DNA of 32,000 nt from Promethearchaeota archaeon (lineage in GTDB: Archaea > Asgardarchaeota > Lokiarchaeia > Sigyniarchaeales > Promethearchaeaceae). Within the stretch, counting starts at the first letter, position 1, and each line of letters opens with the position of its first letter. Position numbers and translations under genes: made by a program. Positions 25,264 through 32,000 of the stretch are shown here, in pieces. The notes below the pieces were generated by a model. It was not told the origin of the DNA. It searched no databases and was given only the letters and a program-made list of their open reading frames with translations. The stretch covers positions 1 to 32,000 of the forward strand of contig JAFGBS010000001.1 of NCBI GenBank assembly GCA_016933055.1. Reading direction: 5' to 3'.

Positions 25264-25621
25264 TTTAAATCGCTCTTGTTTGTTTAAAAATTTTAAGACA
25301 ATGAAAATGTCTGAAGATAATAAGACAAAATTCACCTAAAAATAAATTCGTTCGAGGCAACTAGAAATTATACGGTACGGAATAACAAAATAAAAAGAGT
25401 CGATACTATGTACAATTTAACTACTCTGGAAGGTATACATAGAAACCTTCAGTCAAAGTCATAAATAATCTGTAAAATAGGCGTTTGAATCGTGGAGGTC
25501 ATAGATCTACTCCTTTTCTCAATCTTAATCGCTTTTAGGTAAATATCTTTCAGAAAAAAAAGATCTGCGGACAAGAATAATATAAATAAAAAAAGAACTT
25601 GATTTCAAAGAAAGGGACGGA

Positions 25622-26962
25622 TTATAATCCTAATGTATCTAACCCATATTCTTCGAGAGCATACTTTTTTAGAGCTTTCCACTGTGCCTTACTCGTCCCA
25701 TAGTACTTGAACAATGCAATTCCTAATCCAAAATCAAACGTTCGCATCTGTTTTAACATTTCTTCCACATTGCACTCCACAGAATTCGTTATAGCTAAAA
25801 TTGCTTGGTTATTGAATTCTTTCATACGGTTTTTCATATTTAATATGGAATATCTATATACTAACCATGCAAGGAAACCCCACCATAAGCCATCATCTCG
25901 TGTCCCGGTCAAGTAGGGATAAATCATCGGCGATGCAGAATCCATATAAGCACCCAATTTAGTCCAATTTTGTCCTAAACGATTCCGGGTGAATAATTTC
26001 GGACCAGGTAACGAAAACCAACCTACAAGGCAATCTGAATCTATATTTTTAATACGTTCAGACAGTTTTTGCCCATAGGATGCAATTGTATCTTCCTTAA
26101 AATCATACCATTGGTTACTTTTTAATATCGTTCGAGGATCCCCGTATTTTTTAATAAATTTTGAAACACAGCGTTCACAACAACAAATATCCGTAAAGGA
26201 CCCATCATATCGGATATAATCAGCAAAAAAGGCCTCGATTTTGTAATTTTTCACAACTTCTTCTGCAAGATCCACTAAATAGTCAACGTGTCCACTATTG
26301 GGACACATAAATGAAGTCGTCGGTACATATCCTTTGCCACGAGCACCTCGGGCAGCCCCTTGTTTGGCATCTATTTTATTTTGGAGAAAAGGTATTTTTT
26401 CTAACACATCGGAAAAGTTTTTCTCCGTAGGGATATCGACTCGCATTTCACCTTCACAGCGAGTGGTAGAATCTCCCGGATGATATTTTGATTTAAAGGG
26501 TTCTCCGTTCTTATTATAATCAGTATGATAACCATATCCTCCATGAATGCTGACTCGATCGGGATAAATATGTCCTTGATAAGCATCATTCATAGAAGTC
26601 ATTGAAACCATAATCCGGATGTTACTATCTTTGCCAGCATCAACAAACTCCCCGAGAATATCACGATTCGTTGGATTCCATCCAATTTTGGTATTCCACA
26701 AGCATGCTCCATCTGTATCTTTAATAACTACACCAAGAACGTTAAAATGATGCTCTTCTAAATGCGTAATTATTTCTTTAACAGGTATTTGCTCTGCAAA
26801 TTCATAGTCTAATTTTCGAAATCCTGCCGGACCTCGTACTGGCATCAATCCCATTGCGAAGACTTTATCTGCTTTGAAACTCTTTTGGGTTTTTTCAATA
26901 AACTCATCTGGGGGGGTCCAATATTTTTTCCAAAAATCCTCTCCAAATTTATTTGATTTCAT
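25622..26962 (-). CDS. Putative glycoside hydrolase (GHL10/GHL6/GH29-like TIM barrel)
   Basis: VVIKDTDGACLWNT...RDILGEFVDAG...IRIMV, then FMCPNS...YKIEAFFADYIRY...CCCERC..KF. There is no signal peptide. Confidence 0.65.
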   Translation of the reverse strand: MKSNKFGEDFWKKYWTPPDEFIEKTQKSFKADKVFAMGLMPVRGPAGFRKLDYEFAEQIPVKEIITHLEEHHFNVLGVVIKDTDGACLWNTKIGWNPTNRDILGEFVDAGKDSNIRIMVSMTSMNDAYQGHIYPDRVSIHGGYGYHTDYNKNGEPFKSKYHPGDSTTRCEGEMRVDIPTEKNFSDVLEKIPFLQNKIDAKQGAARGARGKGYVPTTSFMCPNSGHVDYLVDLAEEVVKNYKIEAFFADYIRYDGSFTDICCCERCVSKFIKKYGDPRTILKSNQWYDFKEDTIASYGQKLSERIKNIDSDCLVGWFSLPGPKLFTRNRLGQNWTKLGAYMDSASPMIYPYLTGTRDDGLWWGFLAWLVYRYSILNMKNRMKEFNNQAILAITNSVECNVEEMLKQMRTFDFGLGIALFKYYGTSKAQWKALKKYALEEYGLDTLGL

Positions 26963-26977
26963 ACTAGATTATCTCCA

Positions 26978-28132
26978 TCATTCTAATGCTTTTAAGCGAT
27001 GAATCGCTTTCATGTCACTTTCGGTAATTTCGTGATTGTATGCGATTTGAGCTAATAATGAGTCCATGGTCAGATAGGTATTTAGCTCGAATTCAGGAAG
27101 AAAATTTCTTCGGTGCAACAACGTTACATTATACATCGAAAATCGATCTTTTCTCCCAGGAATCACCAGGCATCCATCTACCCTATTGGTGAATTTACCT
27201 AAATCTGAATCTTCAAAAGAGGTAAATCCAAAGATGTTCATACCTGAAATAAATGCTTGTAAGCAATAATTTAATGTTTGAGAGGTAGAACCCGATCCTG
27301 ATGTAACAATTGCGAGGTCTCCCTCCTTTCGCAAATCCCAATGCCCCATCGAAATTACTCGTAAATCTTTTACCACTTTTCCCCCTACTTGTTTATGTAA
27401 ATGTCCATACCGTATCGCGGCTACATGATTAATAATGCTATCTCTGCCGACACCTTGGAAATAGACATGACTTTTATTTTTTGGATGGAGATAGGGATCA
27501 ATAACTCCAATGAATTGAAGCAATGAATCGAGATGATCCTCAAAATGATCAACAGAATGCTCAAACAAGTCTAATAACGCTTGAGAATGCATCTGAAATT
27601 TACGATTAGCTTCTCCCACAGTGTCATTCACGGAACTACCAATGCAAGAACCAATAACTGCTGAACAAAATTCAAATTCGGTTCCTAATGGGGCATATAC
27701 CGCGTTTCTCTTTTGAGATGGGTTTAATATTAAGACTGTATCGGGAAATTCTTCTAGTAATTGTGTATTTTGGGTCATCCCTATAATATTTAATCCATCT
27801 TCTTTAGCGGATCGCGCATGTTTCAAAGGGGATCCTGAACCCGAACCCGAATTAAAAAAGAAAATATCTCCCTTTCGCCATGGTCTGACATTTGCATTGA
27901 TTGCAGGGAAGATAATTGGAAATCCATTATGTTCTAGGCAATCTTCAGTTAATAACATAGATTGCAAAGATCGTCCTTGCCCATCAACAATAATGGTTCG
28001 ATTCTTTTTTCTCGTGTTAATCAAAAGCTTAAAAATATTCTTTAATTGGTCATAATCGAGAGATTTTAGACTCTCTTTAACGCAATTCATTAAATATTTG
28101 TATGTATCAAAAAAGATCTTAAGGCTGGACAT
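26978..28132 (-). CDS. Tandem SIS-domain sugar-phosphate isomerase (6-phospho-3-hexuloisomerase-like duplication)
   Basis: Two HxlB-like halves: DGQGRS..SGSGS..APLGTEFE and QGVGRD..SGSGST..IPGR..PEFE..DMKAIH. ATG 28132 is preferred over TTG 28141. Confidence 0.82.
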   Translation of the reverse strand: MSSLKIFFDTYKYLMNCVKESLKSLDYDQLKNIFKLLINTRKKNRTIIVDGQGRSLQSMLLTEDCLEHNGFPIIFPAINANVRPWRKGDIFFFNSGSGSGSPLKHARSAKEDGLNIIGMTQNTQLLEEFPDTVLILNPSQKRNAVYAPLGTEFEFCSAVIGSCIGSSVNDTVGEANRKFQMHSQALLDLFEHSVDHFEDHLDSLLQFIGVIDPYLHPKNKSHVYFQGVGRDSIINHVAAIRYGHLHKQVGGKVVKDLRVISMGHWDLRKEGDLAIVTSGSGSTSQTLNYCLQAFISGMNIFGFTSFEDSDLGKFTNRVDGCLVIPGRKDRFSMYNVTLLHRRNFLPEFELNTYLTMDSLLAQIAYNHEITESDMKAIHRLKALE

Positions 28133-28345
28133 TATTTTCAACTTACAAAATACTATTAGGTAGTATCCATTTGAAGAACTCTATTAGGGGGGAATTAATA
28201 TTTCTAAAGTCATCAATAAGAGAATTCTTGAGGTGTGCAATAAAAAGGTTCATATAACAATGCACTAAATTTTTAAAAATTCACACAAAATTAAAAAATC
28301 TGCAATTTTTACTAAAGGTATACATTTTGGGAAAATAGAAAAACA

Positions 28346-28969
28346 ATGTCTGAGCAAATTTATTTACCGGGTGCATGTAGCGTTGCTATCAAATGTAAAG
28401 ATGGTGTAGTACTCGGAAACGATAATCGGGTAACCAGTTTAGGTGGATATATGGTAACAAGTAAAAATACCAAGAAGATATTTAAACTCACCGATAAAGT
28501 AGCAACTACAGTATCCGGTTTGCCGGCCGATTTTCAAACCGTTGTAAAAATCATTGTAGCAAATGCTAATTTATATGAACTTCGAGAAATGGAACCAATG
28601 AACACTATTGCCGTAGGAAAAATGCTTGCAAACATGTTATTTCAACGCAAGATGGCGCCATATTATGTAAACACAACAATTGCGGGTGTAGATGAAGATG
28701 GACCCAAACTTTTTACAATGGACGCTGCTGGTTCCTTAATGCCCGATGATTGGGGTGTGGGCGGATCTGCAGCAACCATGGCTGCTGGTGTCTTAGAAGC
28801 AGAATACACTGTTGACATTACCGTGGAAGAGGGTATAAAATTAGTGGAAAAAGTTATCCGCGCTTCTGTAAAACGAGATGCTTTCTCTGGTAACGGTATT
28901 GATATTCTAGCAATTACAAAAGATAGTACAAAAGAAGTTTCGAAACCTATTTCTGAATTGGGCGAATAA
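28346..28969 (+). CDS. psmB: 20S proteasome beta subunit lacking the catalytic Thr1
   Basis: PG|ACSVAIKCKDGVVLGNDNRV aligns with G|TTTVG..KD.V....RR; also KKIF, SG..AD.Q, DAAGS, GSAA, RDAFSGNG. Confidence 0.92.
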   Translation: MSEQIYLPGACSVAIKCKDGVVLGNDNRVTSLGGYMVTSKNTKKIFKLTDKVATTVSGLPADFQTVVKIIVANANLYELREMEPMNTIAVGKMLANMLFQRKMAPYYVNTTIAGVDEDGPKLFTMDAAGSLMPDDWGVGGSAATMAAGVLEAEYTVDITVEEGIKLVEKVIRASVKRDAFSGNGIDILAITKDSTKEVSKPISELGE

Positions 28970-29096
28970 ATTATAATATATTATATCTTTTTTCCTCAAT
29001 TCTTTGATTTGTCATATTGTCAAAATAATGACGAACTTTTTAAACTATAACGCAACGATAGAATTCTTTTTGTGTTTAAAAACACTGATTTAAGAT

Positions 29097-30011
29097 ATGA
29101 CTAATCAGCGAAAAATTGTCGAATCAGTTCCAAATTATAGTGAAGGAACCGATAGTAAGGTAATCGATCAAATTGTCGGAGAAATAAAAAACACCCCTGA
29201 AACGAATATAGTCGATGTACAATATGATTCCGATTACAATCGAGCGGTGATTACCTTTGTGGGAACTCCTAAAGCTGTACTAAATGCAAACATTGCTGCA
29301 TCCAAAAAAGCTTTGGAATTAATTGACATGACAAAACACAAAGGGCAACATCCCCGTATCGGGGCAACCGACGTAGTTCCTTTCGTTCCCGCGCAAAATG
29401 TCACTATGGAAGAATGCATAGACCTATCACTGAAATTTGCAGAACTATTATCTGATTTAGGTGTACCAGTTTATCTATATGAAGAAAGTGCACGTATTTC
29501 AGCACGAAAAGACATTGATAACATTCGGGTGGGAGAATACGAAGGATTAAAAGAATCCATTCGCATCAATCCCAATCATAAACCTGATTTTGGTCCCTCG
29601 ACGTTTCATCCCACTGGTGGAGCAACTATTACGGGTGCTCGTTTACCTCTAGTAAGTTTTAATATAAATCTCGGAACCACCAATGTAAAAATCGCAAAAA
29701 AGGTAGCTAAACGGATTCATCTCCGAGGGGGGGGATTAATTAATGTGAAGGCTATGGGGACAATATTGGAAGGTAGAGATTGTGTTCAAGTAGGCATAAG
29801 TAACATCAATTTCATGAAAACACCATTATACCGGCAAATGGAACTGGTTCGTATTGAAGCTGCGAGATATGGTGTACCTATTATGGGAACGGAGTTAATT
29901 GGACCTCTTCCTCTCGATGCAGCACTGAATTCCTTGGAATACTATCTTCAATTGGAAAGTCCCAAAAAATTAGAAAAAAAACATCTTTTAGAATCTTATT
30001 TTGATTTTTAA
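29097..30011 (+). CDS. ftcD: Glutamate formimidoyltransferase (FT domain only)
   Basis: VESVPNYSEG, DSDYNRAV, IDMTKHKGQHPRIGATDVVPF, VPVYLYE, GARLPLVSFNINL, VKAMG. It is 304 aa and has no cyclodeaminase domain. Confidence 0.93.
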   Translation: MTNQRKIVESVPNYSEGTDSKVIDQIVGEIKNTPETNIVDVQYDSDYNRAVITFVGTPKAVLNANIAASKKALELIDMTKHKGQHPRIGATDVVPFVPAQNVTMEECIDLSLKFAELLSDLGVPVYLYEESARISARKDIDNIRVGEYEGLKESIRINPNHKPDFGPSTFHPTGGATITGARLPLVSFNINLGTTNVKIAKKVAKRIHLRGGGLINVKAMGTILEGRDCVQVGISNINFMKTPLYRQMELVRIEAARYGVPIMGTELIGPLPLDAALNSLEYYLQLESPKKLEKKHLLESYFDF

Positions 30012-30026
30012 CACATAACCTATTTT

Positions 30027-31325
30027 TTATTCGAAATCTACCACAATGTCTCCTTTTTTTATTACTTTTAGGACATGGTTCACCCCGAATTGATATGGTA
30101 GATAATTATGATTCGGTACATCAAATAATACTAAATCAGCTTGCTTTCCCACTTCTATTGATCCAACATCATCATGACGACGTAAAGCAAAAGCCGCATT
30201 AATCGTGGAAGCTGTTAATGCTTCTGCTGGGTTCATTTTCATTTTGTAACATGCTAATGCAAGGATCATTTGCATAGATTCTGTCCAACAATTAGGATTT
30301 AAGTCTGTTGCCAACGCAATCGGAATTCCTATTTCTATCATTTTACGTGCAGGAGCATACTCTCTTAGCATCATGCAAAAGGGTGTGCCGGGTAATAATG
30401 TTGCTACCACCTGTTTTTCCGCCATTGCTCGCAATCCTGTATCATTAGATTTCAGAAGATGTCCCGTCTGTACAGCATTTAAATCTGCTGCTAACTGAGC
30501 CCCATTCGTATCAACAATTTCATCAATATGGATTTGAATATCTAATCCAAAGTCTTGTGCTGCTTGCAAAATTTTTCTTGTTTGAGGAACAGAGAAAATT
30601 CCTTTTTCACAGAATACATCACAAAATTGAGCTAGATTTTGTTCTTTAATGAGGGGAAGCATATTTGAAATGATAAGATCCACGTAATCATCCGATCTTC
30701 CAGCATATTCTGGTGGAATTGCGTGAGCGCCTAAAAATGTAGGTATAATTTCAATTGGATGTTCTTTATCCAAAATTTTCATAGTTTTAAGGGATTTTAT
30801 TTCATCTTCTACCGTTAATCCATATCCGGATTTGGTTTCGATGGTTGTTGTTCCGTATTCCAGCATGCGGTCTAAAATATCATGCCCATTTTCTACCAGT
30901 TTTGAAATGGAGGCTTCACGAGTTGCTTTTACAGTTTTTAAAATTCCTTCCCCTGAATTCAGAATATCTAAATAGGACATCCCAGATAGTTTCATTTGTA
31001 ACTCATTTTCCCTCGTACCATCAAAAATTATATGAGTATGGGGATCAACAAATCCAGGGGTGACCAATCGATGCTCTCCATTGATGATGATGGGAAAATC
31101 TCTGTGAGAAAACTCTCGATCGAATTCCTTCATAGTACCAACAAAAATGATCGTGTCCTTATGGATAACTACCGCTGCTTTGTGGACTATTCCAAGGTCG
31201 TTCATTTGACTCCCTACTCGAGGAACCCCATATTTTGAATCCATCGTGACTAGTTCTCTTATATTCAGAATTGCTAATGTGGAAAGTTCTTGAAATTCTT
31301 TAGTTGCAACCGTAGGAGTACTCAT
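30027..31325 (-). CDS. hutI: Imidazolonepropionase
   Basis: PGFVDPHTH, GILKTV.ATR, GTTTIETKSGYGL, FLGAHA, CDVFCE, HIDE, ATDLNP. The start is revised to ATG 31325 (432 aa) because the track's extension to 31532 overlaps hutU. Confidence 0.95.
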   Translation of the reverse strand: MSTPTVATKEFQELSTLAILNIRELVTMDSKYGVPRVGSQMNDLGIVHKAAVVIHKDTIIFVGTMKEFDREFSHRDFPIIINGEHRLVTPGFVDPHTHIIFDGTRENELQMKLSGMSYLDILNSGEGILKTVKATREASISKLVENGHDILDRMLEYGTTTIETKSGYGLTVEDEIKSLKTMKILDKEHPIEIIPTFLGAHAIPPEYAGRSDDYVDLIISNMLPLIKEQNLAQFCDVFCEKGIFSVPQTRKILQAAQDFGLDIQIHIDEIVDTNGAQLAADLNAVQTGHLLKSNDTGLRAMAEKQVVATLLPGTPFCMMLREYAPARKMIEIGIPIALATDLNPNCWTESMQMILALACYKMKMNPAEALTASTINAAFALRRHDDVGSIEVGKQADLVLFDVPNHNYLPYQFGVNHVLKVIKKGDIVVDFE

Positions 31326-31389
31326 ATCAAACACTTTTGAAAATACTAGATAATTATGCTTAAAAGAGGTAATATAAACAATTATAGTT

Positions 31390-32000
31390 ATGGTTGATTC
31401 TATTTCGTTAAGAGATCTGAAATTACCTCCTGATCCTGTTTTTGATAAAACTATTCGACGTTCTCCCTCCCGTGGATATAATTTATCCGCATCTGATACT
31501 ATTCTGGCAGTAAAAAATGCTCTGCGATACATACCCGCGAAATACCATGAAATTTTAGCGCCAGAATTATTAATGGAACTAATAGATAAAGGAAGGATTT
31601 ATGGGTATCGGTACCGTCCTCAAGGAGAAATTAAAGCTAAACCAATAGATCAGTACAAAGGGATTGTGGAAGCTAAAGCTATCCAATTAATGATAGATAA
31701 TAATCTGGATTTTGATGTTGCTTTATATCCCTATGAACTCGTTACCTATGGAGAATCAGGACAAGTTTGTCAGAATTGGATGCAATATCGGTTAATTAAG
31801 AAATATTTGGAAAAAATGACTGATACCCAAACATTAGTAGTAATGTCTGGGCATCCGCTGGGGATATTTCCGAGTAAGAAAGATACCCCTCGGGTAGTTT
31901 CGACAAATGGGTTGATGGTTGGTATGTATGATACTGCTGATGGAAAGGACTTTCATCGTGCGCAAGCTATTGGGGTGGCGAATTATGGACAGATGACTGC
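31390..32000 (+). CDS. hutU: Urocanate hydratase, long (UROC1-like) form; 3' end truncated by the window edge
   Basis: Not in the ORF track. Manual translation gives MVDSISLRDLKLPP...AVKNALRYIP...GRIYGYRYRP...MIDNNLDFDVALYPYELVTYGESGQVCQNWMQY...SGHPLGIFPS...NYGQMTA. Confidence 0.95.
   Translation, partial: MVDSISLRDLKLPPDPVFDKTIRRSPSRGYNLSASDTILAVKNALRYIPAKYHEILAPELLMELIDKGRIYGYRYRPQGEIKAKPIDQYKGIVEAKAIQLMIDNNLDFDVALYPYELVTYGESGQVCQNWMQYRLIKKYLEKMTDTQTLVVMSGHPLGIFPSKKDTPRVVSTNGLMVGMYDTADGKDFHRAQAIGVANYGQMT

Noticed and set aside
25264-25335. 24-aa extension before the signal peptide
   Set aside because: ATG 25263 gives a canonical signal peptide and has a TATA-like TTTTTAAA just upstream.
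25426-25452. Hairpin CTGGAAGGT-N10-ACCTTCAG in the longest intergenic region (possible ncRNA, SECIS or riboswitch)
   Set aside because: Only 8 bp with a bulge. There is no tRNA cloverleaf or recognisable SECIS core, and no neighbouring gene shows in-frame UGA readthrough. An Infernal/Rfam scan of 25264-25621 would settle it.
28268-28985. Perfect 14-bp palindromes AATTTTTAAAAATT (28268-28281) and TATAATATATTATA (28972-28985) flanking psmB
   Set aside because: They are AT-only, expected by chance in AT-rich spacers, and differ from each other, so they are not terminal inverted repeats.
3543-31238. Many 60-155 aa ORFs in the track nested in or antisense to long genes (e.g. 4259-4726, 10233-10511, 19063-19488, 24530-24862, 24998-25339, 30845-31063)
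   Set aside because: They overlap well-supported CDSs, have no recognisable motifs, and show the composition expected of shadow frames.
31326-31532. 69-aa N-terminal extension of HutI
   Set aside because: It is antisense to the hutU coding region, and HutI homology starts after ATG 31325.
1-32000. CRISPR arrays, tRNA/rRNA, transposases, integrases or long DNA repeats
   Set aside because: None was seen on reading. Intergenic gaps are all under about 360 bp and lack regularly spaced repeats. tRNAscan, Infernal and a self-dotplot were not run.

Overview
AT-rich, gene-dense archaeal window that looks like an Asgard (Lokiarchaeia/Promethearchaeota-like) chromosome. This is inferred from a Rab-like GTPase with WDFGGEERF and no prenylation tail, a charged helical-repeat protein, a proteasome beta subunit and U-rich terminators. 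I found 23 CDS, two of them truncated by the window edges and missing from the ORF track (repeat protein at 1-1483, urocanase at 31390-32000). No rRNA, tRNA, CRISPR array or mobile element was seen. The window holds: an MIT/TPR-like plus coiled-coil repeat protein; a UPF0182 membrane protein with extra domains; a 9 kb minus-strand run (TetR, SNF2, SWIM, GH35/42, GH57, YciI); a CocE/NonD protein missing its catalytic residues; an alpha-glucan module (nucleotidyltransferase, catalytically degenerate PGM/PMM-like protein, GH57 branching enzyme); the Rab-like GTPase beside a single-pass surface glycoprotein; a tandem-SIS isomerase plus a GH-like gene; a proteasome beta lacking Thr1; and a hut cluster (ftcD, hutI, hutU). 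The best candidate for an undescribed system is the split, convergent nucleotidyltransferase/pseudo-phosphomutase pair next to the branching enzyme. Next is the tandem MIT-like repeat protein. All family assignments come from motif recognition by eye; no database searches were run.
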